Assembly (NCBI GenBank): GCA_028277765.1
Contig: JANQFQ010000051.1
Location: 115,849 to 179,848, forward strand
Reading direction: 5' to 3'
Length of the DNA stretch: 64,000 nt
Source of the DNA: Desulfobacterales bacterium
GTDB taxonomy: Bacteria > Desulfobacterota > Desulfobacteria > Desulfobacterales > SURF-7
Position 1 is the first letter of the stretch; each line of letters starts with the position of its first letter. A program made the position numbers and the translations under genes. The notes beneath the pieces were generated by a model. The model was not told where the DNA came from. It ran no database searches and was given only the letters and a program-made list of their open reading frames with translations. Below, in pieces: positions 47,248 to 58,624 of this stretch.

Positions 47248-48474
47248 CTAACTTTTATCGACTGATTCCTCTTCAATGTTCAGCAGATGTCCCATCTTCA
47301 GCTGTTTGCACTGCAAGTAGCACTTGTTGAATTCATTCGGTTCGATTTCTATGGGCACCTGCGCTACTATACTGAGGCCATAACCTTCCAGGCCGATCAT
47401 TTTTTTCGGATTGTTAGTTAAAAGCTTCATCTTCCTGACGCCAAGTTCCACTAAAATCTGGGCACCTATTCCGTAATCCCGCATGTCAGCTTTGAAGCCG
47501 AGTTCCTTGTTGGCCTCAACCGTATCAAATCCCTTGTCCTGAAGATCATACGCCTTAAGTTTGTTGACAAGGCCGATGCCCCTTCCTTCTTGCCTCAGGT
47601 ATAGGAGTACGCCGGCCCCCTCCTTGTCCATCATCTCCATGGCTTTGAACAGCTGATCTCCGCAGTCGCACCGCATGGAACCAAAAATATCGCCGGTCAT
47701 GCATTCTGAATGAACGCGCACAAGTACCGGTTTTTCAGGGTCGATCTCTCCCTTGACCAGAGCAATATGAAGAAGATCATCCAGTTCGTTTTCATAAGGG
47801 ATGATCTTGAAATCGCCTGCATGTGGCGTTGGGATAACCGTTTCAGCTGCCTTATGCACAAAGGATTCTGTTTGTGTACGGTATTGAACAAGGTCTGCTA
47901 TGGTGCAGATGCCGATGCCGTGTTCTTTACTGAATTTTTCAAGTGAAGGCATCCGGGCCATTGTGCCGTCATCATCCATTATTTCGCATATAACCCCGGA
48001 AGGTTTGAGGCCGGCAAGACGGGCAAGATCCACAGATCCTTCTGTCTGGCCGATGCGTACCATGACCCCGCCTTTTCGTGCCCTGAGTGGAAAAATATGG
48101 CCGGGCCGGCTAAGGTCTTCGGGCTTTGCGTCATCCTTCACAGCTGTAAGGATCGTTGTTGCCCTATCGGCGGCTGAAATGCCGGTGGTTACACCGTGCC
48201 TTGCTTCAATCGATACGGTAAATCCTGTTTCAAACGGCGATGTGTTTTTGTTAACCATCATCGGCAGGTTAAGGGAATCAAGCTTTTCCCCTGTCATGGA
48301 AAGGCAGATTAAACCTCGCCCGTATTTTGCCATGAAATTTATGGCTTCTGATGTTACCTTTTCCGCGGCCATGGTCAGGTCTCCCTCGTTTTCACGGTCT
48401 TCATCATCAACAAGGATGACCATCCTGCCGTTTTTAATCTCTTTAATCGCTTCTTCAATAGTAATGTGAGGCAT
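47248..48474 (-). CDS. ribBA: Bifunctional DHBP synthase / GTP cyclohydrolase II
   Basis: RENEGDL in DHBPS half; CDCG..Q cysteine cluster in GCHII half. Confidence 0.9.
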   Translation of the reverse strand: MPHITIEEAIKEIKNGRMVILVDDEDRENEGDLTMAAEKVTSEAINFMAKYGRGLICLSMTGEKLDSLNLPMMVNKNTSPFETGFTVSIEARHGVTTGISAADRATTILTAVKDDAKPEDLSRPGHIFPLRARKGGVMVRIGQTEGSVDLARLAGLKPSGVICEIMDDDGTMARMPSLEKFSKEHGIGICTIADLVQYRTQTESFVHKAAETVIPTPHAGDFKIIPYENELDDLLHIALVKGEIDPEKPVLVRVHSECMTGDIFGSMRCDCGDQLFKAMEMMDKEGAGVLLYLRQEGRGIGLVNKLKAYDLQDKGFDTVEANKELGFKADMRDYGIGAQILVELGVRKMKLLTNNPKKMIGLEGYGLSIVAQVPIEIEPNEFNKCYLQCKQLKMGHLLNIEEESVDKS

Positions 48475-48578
48475 TTTGTTTCTTAACTCCTGTACTCCCT
48501 TTACATTCTGGTAAAGCTTTAATCTTAAAAATTGTCTTTATATGTTAAAATCAAAAAAATCTGTTTTATTATTATCAT

Positions 48579-49238
48579 TTATAGAAATCCTTTTTCAGCA
48601 AGAAACTTTTTATCGATGATGGATTCGCCAGCCCCTTCCTTGTCTGGATCTTCCATGCTTAAAAATTTCTCAACATATTTCCCGATCAGATCTGTTTCAA
48701 TATTAACGTGGTCTCCAATATTCTTAAATCCTATGGTTGTCAGTTTTGCGGTATGCGGTATTATACTTACCTCAAAGCTCTCTTTTCCACAGCTGTTTAT
48801 TGTCAGGCTTATGCCGTCAACCGCCACCGAGCCTTTCTGTATCATATAGCGCGAAAGCGATTCCGGAACGCTTATGGAAACAATGACCGCATTCCCTTTA
48901 TTCTCTTTGCTTTTTATAGTACCACGGCCATCTATATGCCCGGAAACAAGATGCCCGTCTAGCCTTCCGGAAAGCCTGAGCGCACGTTCCAGGTTAACGC
49001 GGTCTCCGGTTTTTGCTTGCCCGAGGGTTGTCTTTTCAAGTGTTTCAGGGGCCACATCCACGCTGAAATTTTTTCCGTCCAGTTTAACAGCCGTTAGGCA
49101 CGCACCGCTCACCGCAATACTGTCGCCGATTTTCGTGTCTTCAAGAAAAAAATCAGATCGCACGGCAATATGCTTTCCCTGTCCTGACGGCTGTATCCCG
49201 GTTATTGTACCGAGCCCTTCTATGATTCCTGTAAACAT
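48579..49238 (-). CDS. ribE: Riboflavin synthase alpha subunit
   Basis: MFTGIIEGLG, duplicated lumazine-binding repeats. Confidence 0.85.
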   Translation of the reverse strand: MFTGIIEGLGTITGIQPSGQGKHIAVRSDFFLEDTKIGDSIAVSGACLTAVKLDGKNFSVDVAPETLEKTTLGQAKTGDRVNLERALRLSGRLDGHLVSGHIDGRGTIKSKENKGNAVIVSISVPESLSRYMIQKGSVAVDGISLTINSCGKESFEVSIIPHTAKLTTIGFKNIGDHVNIETDLIGKYVEKFLSMEDPDKEGAGESIIDKKFLAEKGFL

Positions 49239-49261
49239 TTTCTCCTGATCTCAAGTTTCAA

Positions 49262-50356
49262 TCAGTTTAAATACCCCTCGATCATAATATCATCATCAAA
49301 CCTGCGGATACTGATCTCTTTTACTGGCATGCTCTGACTCATCAATTCCGGACCCCTGCCCCTGCAGATCGGCACCCCGTCGTCTCCGCCCAATATTTTC
49401 GGGCCGTAAAAAAAGAATACCTTGTCAATAATCTCCTGGGTAAGGGATGAAGCGATAACCCTGCTGCCCCCTTCAATAAGGAGGCTTGTAATGCCGGATT
49501 CTCCAAGAAAATCGATTAAGGCGTTTAAATCAATCCGACCGTCTTGACAAGAGATCTCAATAACTTTCGAGCCCTTTTTTTCTATAAGCTTCTTTTTTTT
49601 CTTCTGCGCCAGACCGCCCGTCACAACAATGGTCTCAGCCTCTGATTCAAGTGACAGCACCTTAGCGTCCGGATCAATAGAAAGCTCTGTGTCCAGAATA
49701 ATCCGGACAGGATCTCTTCCCTCAACATGCTCCAGACGGGTTGTCAAACTGGGATCATCTGTTTTAACCGTTCCGATCCCCACCATAATGGCGTCAGCCG
49801 CATGCCGCAATTCATGGACAAATAGTCTCGACTTCTCACCAGAAATCCACTTTGAATCACCTGTCCTTGTCGCTATGCGGCCGTCCAGGGTTGAAGCGCA
49901 TTTTAAAATAACAAACGGTTTTTTTGTTTTTATATACTTTACAAAACTTTCATTAAGTTTTGCGGCTTCTTCTCCGCAGATACCCAAGTCAACCTCAACC
50001 CCTTGGTTCTTCAGAAAGTTTATTCCACCGCCCTTAACATCAGGATTGGGATCTTCCATAGCGACCACAATCCTGCTGATACCCGCCTCAAGTATCTTTT
50101 TTGTGCATGGTCCTGTTCTGCCTGTGTGATTGCAGGGTTCCAAGGTAACATACATATCAGCACCTCGTGCTGTAATACCCGCGTCATTTATGGCATTGAC
50201 CTCGGCATGCGCTTCTCCAACGGCCTGGTGCCACCCCCTGCCGATTATTTTTTTGTTTTTTACAACAACAGCGCCGACCATCGGATTGGGCGATGTAAAT
50301 CCTTTTCCCCTTTCCGCGAGGGCCAGGGCGGTTTTCATGAAATAACCGTCGTTCAT
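49262..50356 (-). CDS. ribD: Bifunctional diaminohydroxyphosphoribosylaminopyrimidine deaminase / 5-amino-6-(5-phosphoribosylamino)uracil reductase
   Basis: HAEVNAI..PCxxC deaminase motif plus reductase half. Confidence 0.9.
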   Translation of the reverse strand: MNDGYFMKTALALAERGKGFTSPNPMVGAVVVKNKKIIGRGWHQAVGEAHAEVNAINDAGITARGADMYVTLEPCNHTGRTGPCTKKILEAGISRIVVAMEDPNPDVKGGGINFLKNQGVEVDLGICGEEAAKLNESFVKYIKTKKPFVILKCASTLDGRIATRTGDSKWISGEKSRLFVHELRHAADAIMVGIGTVKTDDPSLTTRLEHVEGRDPVRIILDTELSIDPDAKVLSLESEAETIVVTGGLAQKKKKKLIEKKGSKVIEISCQDGRIDLNALIDFLGESGITSLLIEGGSRVIASSLTQEIIDKVFFFYGPKILGGDDGVPICRGRGPELMSQSMPVKEISIRRFDDDIMIEGYLN

Positions 50357-50396
50357 ATAATACTACCGCTTAGCCATATGTTTAAACAACGAATGA

Positions 50397-50852
50397 TCAA
50401 TGTTTGGCCAAAAGGCTCTTAAGCTCTGAAACAAAATCATTGACATCCTTGAATTCTCTGTAAACTGAAGCAAACCTGACATATGCCACATCATCGAGAC
50501 CATGCAACTTGACCATAATTTTTTCTCCGATAACGCTTGCTGGAATCTCTTTTTCTCCTGTCTCCCTGAGATCACGTTCAATATCATCGATAAAATCTTC
50601 AATGATGTTCATACTTATTTTTCGCTTCTGACACGCCAGTTGCATGCCTGTTCTTACCTTGTCCCTGTTAAATTGCTCCCGGCGGCCATCTTTTTTTACA
50701 ATCATTACCGGAATTTCTTCAACATGTTCATACGTAGTAAAACGCCTGGTACAGTCAATACACTCCCTACGCCTCCTGATAACATTCCCATCCTTACCCA
50801 GCCTTGAATCAATAACCTTGTTGTTGGCTTCTCCGCAAAATGGACACTTCAT
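50397..50852 (-). CDS. nrdR: Transcriptional repressor NrdR
   Basis: MKCPFCG..VIDSR zinc ribbon plus ATP-cone. Confidence 0.9.
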   Translation of the reverse strand: MKCPFCGEANNKVIDSRLGKDGNVIRRRRECIDCTRRFTTYEHVEEIPVMIVKKDGRREQFNRDKVRTGMQLACQKRKISMNIIEDFIDDIERDLRETGEKEIPASVIGEKIMVKLHGLDDVAYVRFASVYREFKDVNDFVSELKSLLAKH

Positions 50853-51352
50853 GAATTTTCCCCCTGTGCGCTGTTATCAAGTTTAATTAGTTGAATATCC
50901 GTCTCGCTCAGCATCTTCTCGGAAAGGGAATCCGCATATCCCTCTTTATAAAAAATTTTACTGATACCCGCGTTGATGATCATTTTCGTGCATATGGAGC
51001 ATGGAAGGTTCGTGCAGTAAAGGGAGGCCCCATCTATGGAAATCCCGTAATGGGCTGCCTGAATAATCGCGTTCTGTTCGGCATGGATGCCCCTGCAGAG
51101 TTCATGCTTTTCACCAGAAGCCACGTTAAGCGTCTCTCTCAAGCAGCCAGCTTCTGCACAGTGACTTACACCAGAAGGGGCGCCGTTGTATCCAGTGGAA
51201 AGCACCCTTTTATCCTTAACAAGCACGGCCCCTACAACACGCCTGAGACAAGTGGACCGCATTGCAACAAGCTGGGTAATATCCATAAAATAAGTCTCCC
51301 ATGCAGGGCGTTCTCCTTGTTTAGACATTTTTATTACTCCCTCTGGTTTCAA
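50849..51352 (-). CDS. dCMP/cytidine deaminase (zinc-binding)
   Basis: [19 protein letters not shown] motif. Confidence 0.8.
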   Translation of the reverse strand: MKPEGVIKMSKQGERPAWETYFMDITQLVAMRSTCLRRVVGAVLVKDKRVLSTGYNGAPSGVSHCAEAGCLRETLNVASGEKHELCRGIHAEQNAIIQAAHYGISIDGASLYCTNLPCSICTKMIINAGISKIFYKEGYADSLSEKMLSETDIQLIKLDNSAQGENS

Positions 51353-52587
51353 TATATTGGAAAAGCATCACAGATCTCTGATATTTCCGACCTGACACCG
51401 CTGATAACCCCTTCATCATCATGATTCTGCAGGACATTTATGATATGCCCTGCCACGATGTCCATTTCCGTCGTTCCCATCCCCCTGGATGTTACAGCAG
51501 GAGTGCCGATCCTTATACCGCTTGTAATAAACGGACTCCGGGTTTCAAAGGGTATGCTGTTTTTATTAACGGTAATCCCCGCTCTACCCAAGGCGGCTTC
51601 TGCGTCTTTACCAGTTATGCCGAGGTTCGTTAAATTCGCGAGCATCAGGTGATTATCTGTTCCACCGGAAACAAGGTCTATGCCTTCTGAAACAAGTTTT
51701 TCAGCAAGAGTCCGCGCGTTTTCAACAACCTGTCCTTGATATTTTCGGAAATCCTCTGTCTTTGCCTCCTTAAATGCCACCGCTTTTGCGGCAATAACAT
51801 GCATAAGCGGTCCGCCTTGTATTCCCGGAAAAATTTCACTGTTGAGTTTAGAGCTGAAGTCTGTTTTTGCCAGAATTAATCCACCCCGCGGTCCGCGAAG
51901 AGTTTTATGCGTGGTTGATGTCACAACATCCGCCAGTGGTACAGGAGACGGATGAACGCCAGCCGCAACCAGGCCGGCAATATGCGCCATGTCAACCATT
52001 AAATATGCTTCCACGGATTTGGCGATCTTTGAAAAAGCATCAAAATCGATTGTCCGTGGATATGCACTTGCCCCGGCAACAATCATTTTAGGCCGGTGTT
52101 TTTCTGCAATCGCTGCCATTTCATCATAGTCAATATATCCGGTCTCTTTTTTGATACCATAATGAACAAAATTAAATAATTTTCCAGAAAAACTGACCGG
52201 ACTTCCGTGAGAAAGATGCCCGCCGTGGGATAGATTCATTCCAAGAATTGTATCTCCTGGCTTAAGCAGCGCAAAATACACAGCCATATTTGCCTGGGAT
52301 CCTGAATGGGGCTGGACATTCGCGTAAGCCGCCCCGAACAGCTCTTTCGCCCTGTTTATCGCCAGTATTTCAGCCTCGTCCACATGTTCGCACCCGCCGT
52401 AATACCGCTTTTGAGGATATCCTTCAGCATACTTGTTCGTTAAAACGCTTCCCTGAACCGCCATGACAGCAGGCGTGGTAATGTTTTCTGATGCGATCAT
52501 CTCTAGATTGTTTTTCTGCCTTTCGGTCTCCCTGGAGATCGCTCCGGCTATTTCAGGATCAACATCTTTAAGAGTTCTTAAGTCCAA
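51349..52587 (-). CDS. glyA: Serine hydroxymethyltransferase
   Basis: Conserved SHMT blocks including [12 protein letters not shown] (PLP lysine). Confidence 0.92.
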   Translation of the reverse strand: MDLRTLKDVDPEIAGAISRETERQKNNLEMIASENITTPAVMAVQGSVLTNKYAEGYPQKRYYGGCEHVDEAEILAINRAKELFGAAYANVQPHSGSQANMAVYFALLKPGDTILGMNLSHGGHLSHGSPVSFSGKLFNFVHYGIKKETGYIDYDEMAAIAEKHRPKMIVAGASAYPRTIDFDAFSKIAKSVEAYLMVDMAHIAGLVAAGVHPSPVPLADVVTSTTHKTLRGPRGGLILAKTDFSSKLNSEIFPGIQGGPLMHVIAAKAVAFKEAKTEDFRKYQGQVVENARTLAEKLVSEGIDLVSGGTDNHLMLANLTNLGITGKDAEAALGRAGITVNKNSIPFETRSPFITSGIRIGTPAVTSRGMGTTEMDIVAGHIINVLQNHDDEGVISGVRSEISEICDAFPIY

Positions 52588-52617
52588 AACACATCCGTTC
52601 CTTGTTTAAAAATTATT

Positions 52618-53073
52618 CTATACGGTTTCACCTAATCCGTTAAACTTGTCCAGTCTTGACTGGTGCCGGCCGCCCTCAAACTCAGTTTCAAGCCATACTT
52701 TAACCAGTTCCATGGCAAGGGTTTCCCCTATAACTCGCCCGCCAAGAACAAGGAGGTTTGAATCATTGTGCTGACGGCTCATGGCAACTGAAAATATATC
52801 GCTGCACAGGGCCGCCCTAACATTTGAAAACCTGTTCGCAACCATGGACATACCGAGTCCAGTGCCACAGAGGAGGATTCCTCTTTTGAATGTCCCATTT
52901 GAGACAGCTGAAGCGACCTTAATACCAAAGTCCGGATAATCAACCGATTCTTCTCCGGACGTTCCAGCGTCTTCAACCGTTATGCCCTGTTCTTCAAGAT
53001 ATTCTTTTACTTTTTCTTTCATGTCACAGGCCGCATGGTCGCAACCGATGATAACAGGTGTTTTTTCGGGCAT
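52618..53073 (-). CDS. rpiB: Ribose-5-phosphate isomerase B
   Basis: IIGCDHAA..LLCGTGLGMS motifs. Confidence 0.85.
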   Translation of the reverse strand: MPEKTPVIIGCDHAACDMKEKVKEYLEEQGITVEDAGTSGEESVDYPDFGIKVASAVSNGTFKRGILLCGTGLGMSMVANRFSNVRAALCSDIFSVAMSRQHNDSNLLVLGGRVIGETLAMELVKVWLETEFEGGRHQSRLDKFNGLGETV

Positions 53074-53291
53074 AATTTTTAGCTCCTTATATTCTCTTAT
53101 ATTTATACACTCTCTTGTTTAACACCATGATAATAATTATAACTTTTTAATATAAATATGAAATTCAATTACCGCAATAAAAAAAACCGCTTTTTTGCTT
53201 TTTTTAAAGGAAAAAGGCGGTTTTTTCGCTTTTTCAGCAGGAAACAGGTTAATACGGCATTATTATGGAAACATATTCAAATAGAAGATAA

Positions 53292-53341
53292 TAAAAAATC
53301 CCGTATTGCTTCGGCAGCACAGATGTCCGAAACGATACGGG
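53292..53341 (-). terminator. Rho-independent terminator downstream of fabF
   Basis: Minus-strand hairpin CCCGUAUCGUUUCGGACAUCUGUGCUGCCGAAGCAAUACGGG followed by a UUUUUU run. A second hairpin with T-tract lies at ~53185-53240. Confidence 0.75.
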
Positions 53342-53360
53342 AAGAAAAGAAACAAACAGA

Positions 53361-54611
53361 TTAAACAACAGAAGAATCAAATTTTTTAAATACCAAGCAC
53401 GCGTTTGTGCCGCCAAAGCCAAAGGAATTGCTCATAGCAACGTTGATATCCTTCTTCCTGGCAGTATGAGGAATATAATCAAGATCGCATTCTTCCCCGG
53501 GATTATCAAGGTTTATCGTCGGGGGCAGTATTCCATAATTAAGAGTCAGGGCTGTAAACACCGCCTCTATGCCGCCGGCCCCTCCAAGAAGGTGGCCTGT
53601 CATTGATTTTGTCGAACTGATTGCCAGTGAATACGCATGGTCTTTAAATACTGTTTTTATGGCTTGTGTCTCCAGGAGGTCATTAAGCGGTGTGGATGTT
53701 CCATGGGCATTTATATAATCGACCTTGTCACCAGTTATACCTGCATCATCAAGAGCGGCCCGCATACATCTTGAAGCCCCTTCACCTTCCGGGGACGGGG
53801 CTGCCATATGATACGCGTCTCCGCTCATTCCGTATCCGCAGACTTCCGCGTAGATATCCGCTCCTCTTTCAAGTGCCTGCTCAAGCTCTTCAAGAATAAG
53901 GATACCGCTGCCTTCTCCTACAACAAAACCATCCCTGTCCCTGTCAAAAGGCCTTGATGCTTTTTCAGGTTCATCATTCCTTGTGGATAGAGCCTTCATA
54001 GCGTTAAAGCCCGCAATACATGTAGGGCTTATAACAGATTCAACACCACCAGCTATCATGGCGTCAGCTCCGCCTCTTTGAATTATATTATAGGATTCCC
54101 CAACACCATGCGTACCCGCAGCACATGCTGTAGCCACTGAAGAATTCGGTCCTTTAGCGCCTAGAAAGATAGAAATCATACCTGCCGCCATGTTCCCGAT
54201 CATCATCGGTACAAGAAACGGGCTTACTTTCTTAGGTCCCCTTCTTTCAACAATTAAAGTAGAATCTTCAATCATTGAAAGACCACCCAGTCCGCATCCT
54301 GTGAAGACACCTGTACGTTCAGCGTTAGAGCTGTCAACGTTCAGTCTGGAATCTTCTAAAGCCATGCGTGCGGCAGCAACAGCGTAAGCAATAAACCGCT
54401 GCAGCCGCTTTGCCTCTTTTTTTGGAAGAAAATCACCGGCATGAAAACCTTTGACTTCTGCTGCTATCTTCGTGTCAAAGGCTGATGCGTCGAATCTGGT
54501 TATTTCCCCGATTCCTGATTTTCCATCACATAGAGCGGCCCATGACTCTTCAACACCGATCCCAAGCGGTGTAACCAGGCCGACACCGGTTATAACAACC
54601 CGTCTGTTCAA
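53361..54611 (-). CDS. fabF: Beta-ketoacyl-ACP synthase II
   Basis: Active-site context ATACAAGTH and KAS C-terminal GHLLGGAG. Confidence 0.9.
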   Translation of the reverse strand: MNRRVVITGVGLVTPLGIGVEESWAALCDGKSGIGEITRFDASAFDTKIAAEVKGFHAGDFLPKKEAKRLQRFIAYAVAAARMALEDSRLNVDSSNAERTGVFTGCGLGGLSMIEDSTLIVERRGPKKVSPFLVPMMIGNMAAGMISIFLGAKGPNSSVATACAAGTHGVGESYNIIQRGGADAMIAGGVESVISPTCIAGFNAMKALSTRNDEPEKASRPFDRDRDGFVVGEGSGILILEELEQALERGADIYAEVCGYGMSGDAYHMAAPSPEGEGASRCMRAALDDAGITGDKVDYINAHGTSTPLNDLLETQAIKTVFKDHAYSLAISSTKSMTGHLLGGAGGIEAVFTALTLNYGILPPTINLDNPGEECDLDYIPHTARKKDINVAMSNSFGFGGTNACLVFKKFDSSVV

Positions 54612-54658
54612 AGCCCCCCCTTTTTTTCTTTAAGCGATACATGTCAGCTTAAAAAGCG

Positions 54659-54895
54659 TTATGAATGTGAATCTACAAAATTTATCGCATCCTGAACGGT
54701 TACTATCTGTTCAGCTTCTTCATCAGGAATTTCTATATCAAACTCCTCTTCCATGGACATTATTAACTCAACCAGATCGAGGGAATCTGCTCCAAGATCA
54801 TCAACAAAAGATGCTTTAGGTACAACTTCTTCAATGTCAACACTCAGTTTTTCCGCAATAACCTTTGTAATTTTGTCTTGTACTGACATAAACAT
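54659..54895 (-). CDS. acpP: Acyl carrier protein
   Basis: [12 protein letters not shown] phosphopantetheine site; 78 aa. Confidence 0.9.
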   Translation of the reverse strand: MFMSVQDKITKVIAEKLSVDIEEVVPKASFVDDLGADSLDLVELIMSMEEEFDIEIPDEEAEQIVTVQDAINFVDSHS

Positions 54896-54912
54896 TTTCT
54901 CCTTTTTTCCTG

Positions 54913-55659
54913 TTAAATAAACATCCCGCCGCTTACATGAATAACCTGACCCGTAAGATATGAAGCGCTGTCAGAGGCAAGAAAGGCCACAATTTCAGCC
55001 ACGTCCTCCGGCTGCCCTGCCTTGCCCAAAGGTATCTGGCTCAGCATGGCCTCCTTTGCTTTTTCCGGCAGGTCTGCCGTCATGTCTGATTCAATATATC
55101 CGGGAGCCACGGCATTAACGGTGATACCTCTTGCTGCAAGCTCGCGGGCAGCTGTTTTTGTTAACCCTATCAGCCCGGCTTTTGAAGCCACATAGTTTGC
55201 CTGGCCGGGATTTCCCATTACACCGACAACAGATGAAATATTAATAATGCAACCATTCCGCTGCTTCATCATCTGTTTGGCAGCTATTTTTGTACAGAGA
55301 AATGCTCCTTTTAAATTAATATCTAGGACCATGTCCCAGTCCTGTTCTTTCATGCGAACCAAAAGACCATCTTTAGTAATACCTGCGTTATTTACTAATA
55401 CATCTATACTTCCTGCTTCTTCGATAACTTTTTTAAAAAAGTCCGACATCTCCTCTTCAGAGGTGACACTGGCGCATGTACCTTTTGCTGCTCCACCGGC
55501 TTCAGCCACAAGACGTTCTGTTTCTGGAGCTTCTGGGTCCTCAGGATAAAAGTTGAAATATATGCGAGTGTCCGGCCCGGCCAGGGAAAGACAGATCGCC
55601 CGTCCAATACCCCTTGATCCTCCTGTGACCACAACATTTCGTTTGTTCTTATCCTCCAT
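54913..55659 (-). CDS. fabG: 3-oxoacyl-ACP reductase
   Basis: [15 protein letters not shown] and YxxxK SDR motifs. Confidence 0.9.
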   Translation of the reverse strand: MEDKNKRNVVVTGGSRGIGRAICLSLAGPDTRIYFNFYPEDPEAPETERLVAEAGGAAKGTCASVTSEEEMSDFFKKVIEEAGSIDVLVNNAGITKDGLLVRMKEQDWDMVLDINLKGAFLCTKIAAKQMMKQRNGCIINISSVVGVMGNPGQANYVASKAGLIGLTKTAARELAARGITVNAVAPGYIESDMTADLPEKAKEAMLSQIPLGKAGQPEDVAEIVAFLASDSASYLTGQVIHVSGGMFI

Positions 55660-55746
55660 TCCTGGTCTCCCTGGGTTTTAATTTTATTCGGTTTTAGTTT
55701 GAGCTGCTAACCGGCATGAATCCCGCCTATGAAGAGCTGACGGGAC

Positions 55747-55929
55747 TTATTCTTCTTCAGGTTCAATCACATCTCGCCCCTTGTAAGAACCGCAGCTTGG
55801 GCAGGCGCGGTGGGGTAGTTTTTCCTCTCCGCATTCCGGACATGTTGAAAGATTTGGCGCGGCTGTTTTTTTATGAGTCCGTCTTTTGTCCCGTTTTGAC
55901 TTTGATGTTTTTCTTTTTGGTACCGGCAT
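55747..55929 (-). CDS. rpmF: 50S ribosomal protein L32
   Basis: [21 protein letters not shown]; 60 aa. Confidence 0.85.
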   Translation of the reverse strand: MPVPKRKTSKSKRDKRRTHKKTAAPNLSTCPECGEEKLPHRACPSCGSYKGRDVIEPEEE

Positions 55930-56354
55930 TAGTAATCCTTAAACCATTTTATTTATTGTAAATTCTATCGTTTATATTACTTATAATTTTTGATATTTTT
56001 AGTAATTGATATTGATCCCAATGTCAAGTGTTTTTTAAAAATTCTCTTGTTTTTTATTCTTACTTGGGCGTATATATTTTTTTAAACATAAGCGCTGGTC
56101 CTAGAAAATGGCCTCAACTTTTTGTTTTAACAGCATTATTAGTTTTTATGCCTAGACAGCTTGCTTTGGGAGGAACGGAACGGGGAAAGGGATGTTGAGG
56201 CAGCCAGCTCCTGCGCCCTGAACCCGCGGAACCTGAAAAGTTTTTTTCAATTACTATTACTAACACAAACCGTTAGTAATTAAAGTTTTACACATTTACT
56301 ATTACTAATATAAATTATTAGTAATAACTAGTTTCAGTTAAAGGTTAAGTCATT

Positions 56355-57776
56355 ATGGATAAAATTATTACACGTTTTCCGCCCAGCCCGACAGGATATT
56401 TGCACATTGGAGGAGCGAGGACCGCTCTGTTTAACTGGCTTTACACCCGCAACATGAAAGGGAAATTTGTCTTAAGGATTGAAGATACAGATGCCGAGCG
56501 CTCAACTCAAGAATCAGTGGATGCAATTTTTGAAGCCTTAGAATGGCTCGGTATTGACTGGGATGAAGGTCCTTATTTTCAGTCCAAGCGCTACAATATC
56601 TATTCGGAATATGTCAGCAGGCTCATTGACTCAGGAAAGGCGTACTATTGCAAATGCAAACCAGATCGTCTTGAGGCCATGAGAAAGGAAGCCATGGCAT
56701 CTGGTGGCAAACCAAAATATGACGGTACATGCCGGGACAAAGGTTTTCTTAAAGAAGATGGCGCTGTTGTCCGTTTCAGGGCTCCGGAAAAGGGTACAAC
56801 CCTACTCGAAGATGTAATAAAAGGGAATATTGAGTTTAATAATTCAGAGCTTGATGATTTTATTGTTCAGAGGAGCAACGGCTCACCCACCTATAATCTG
56901 GCTGTGGTTGTTGACGATATTACCATGAATATTAATACAGTTCTGCGTGGCGATGATCATGTAAACAACACACCAAAACAGATTCAGCTTTACAATGCAC
57001 TGAAAAGTCCGGTTCCAGTTTTCGGGCACCTGCCGATGGTCTTGGGAAGTGACAAGTCACGCCTCAGTAAACGCCACGGGGCGATGTCTGTTACCGCATA
57101 CAGAGACATGGGATATCTTCCTGATGCCCTGTTGAATTACCTTGTCCGCCTTGGATGGTCTTTCGGCGACCAGGAGTTTTTTACAATAGATGAACTTATT
57201 GAAAAATTCACGCTGAAAAACGTGGGCCGTTCAGCGGGAATCTTTAACCCTGAAAAACTCCTGGCCCTTAACGCCGAACATATTAAGGTCGCTAACCCGG
57301 GCAAATTGGCAAAACACCTCATCCCTCATCTACACAAAAGGGAGATTAACGCAACAGAAGGACAACAGATTGAAAATATTATAAATACACTTAACGTTAG
57401 GAGCAAAACCCTGCTCGAAATGGCTGAGGGCTCTCTGTTTTACTATAATGAAACCGTGTTGTTTGAAGAAAAAGCAGCAAAAAAATTCCTAAAGGCCTCG
57501 GCGCTTGACCTCCTCATAGCACTGGCTGCGCATCTTGAACAGATAGACGATTTTACCGAGGAAAATCTGGAAACAGCATTTAAAAACCTGATGGCGGAAA
57601 CAGGCCTTAAGCTCGGTAAAATAGCACAGCCTGTCAGGGTGGCTCTTACTGGAAAAACCGTTAGCCCTGGTATATTTGAAATTATTGAGGTTCTGGGTAA
57701 AGAAGTTACCATTTCAAGAATTAATAAAGCCATAAACTTTATACAGGATAAAATCGCCAAAGAACAACCCTCTTAA
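56355..57776 (+). CDS. gltX: Glutamate--tRNA ligase
   Basis: HIGGARTALFNWL HIGH motif and KLSKRHG KMSKS motif. Confidence 0.9.
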   Translation: MDKIITRFPPSPTGYLHIGGARTALFNWLYTRNMKGKFVLRIEDTDAERSTQESVDAIFEALEWLGIDWDEGPYFQSKRYNIYSEYVSRLIDSGKAYYCKCKPDRLEAMRKEAMASGGKPKYDGTCRDKGFLKEDGAVVRFRAPEKGTTLLEDVIKGNIEFNNSELDDFIVQRSNGSPTYNLAVVVDDITMNINTVLRGDDHVNNTPKQIQLYNALKSPVPVFGHLPMVLGSDKSRLSKRHGAMSVTAYRDMGYLPDALLNYLVRLGWSFGDQEFFTIDELIEKFTLKNVGRSAGIFNPEKLLALNAEHIKVANPGKLAKHLIPHLHKREINATEGQQIENIINTLNVRSKTLLEMAEGSLFYYNETVLFEEKAAKKFLKASALDLLIALAAHLEQIDDFTEENLETAFKNLMAETGLKLGKIAQPVRVALTGKTVSPGIFEIIEVLGKEVTISRINKAINFIQDKIAKEQPS

Positions 57777-58087
57777 AATTTTATTTAGAAACTTAGTTTG
57801 TAATAACTAATCTGACACTGTTTGTACGGTCAAGTCTAGACTTTTACAGTTTAAATTAAGGATGCTGGATTCAAGCATGATGCATCCCATTGAGATGTTA
57901 TTTGCCATTCCTTGATTAAAAAAATCCTGCAAGTAGCGGAAAATAGTTGCTTGCGAAATATTTTTGGCTTAATATAACGTATCTATAATATAACCCATAA
58001 GGAACTGCAGAAAACCACAGGCACAGAAAAAAACAGATCGGGGACAGGCGTCTGTTGAAAAAAGTTGAATAAAAAAGGAACTTTTTT

Positions 58088-58417
58088 ATGGATTTTGATG
58101 AAGCGGGTAAAAGCCTGAGCCTGGAAAAAGATGAATACATAGAGCTGGTTGAATTTTTTTTCCCTGCAGCAGAAATAGACATCAATAAGCTGATGACCGC
58201 CAATGAAAAAGGGGATACTGAACTGGCTTCTGACGCAGCGCATTCTCTTAAAGGTGCTGCGGGCAATCTTGGCTTCATGGAGCTTTCTGACTTAGCTCGA
58301 AGCATAGAAGAAAGGGCCAGGAACGCCCAGGTAACAGGGCTTAGCTTAAAAATTAAGGAGCTTAAAGATAAAATCGCGATAATTGAAGAAGCGTTTGAAA
58401 AGCACAAAAACAGCTGA
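58088..58417 (+). CDS. Hpt (histidine phosphotransfer) domain protein
   Basis: HSLKGAAGNLG phospho-His motif; 109 aa. Preferred over the antisense ORF 57916..58407. Confidence 0.65.
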   Translation: MDFDEAGKSLSLEKDEYIELVEFFFPAAEIDINKLMTANEKGDTELASDAAHSLKGAAGNLGFMELSDLARSIEERARNAQVTGLSLKIKELKDKIAIIEEAFEKHKNS

Positions 58418-58624
58418 CACGTTTTTCTTCGGCTGTAATAAGCGGTTTATTTTAAGGCCACCTCAAAAATTGCCTTTTGGCCCGATTACGGCGTTATGCG
58501 AAAATTTTAATCCCCAAAATACTAAATGTATTCCTCCGGTTAAAATTGTTGCATGCCTTTTATTCGAATTAAAATCTAATTTTTAGAGGTACCCTTAAGT
58601 TTTCCGCATAAACAAAAAAAAGAT

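Noticed and set aside
57916-58407. 163-aa ORF on the minus strand
   Set aside because: Antisense to a well-formed Hpt domain ORF (58088-58417); the Hpt call is preferred.
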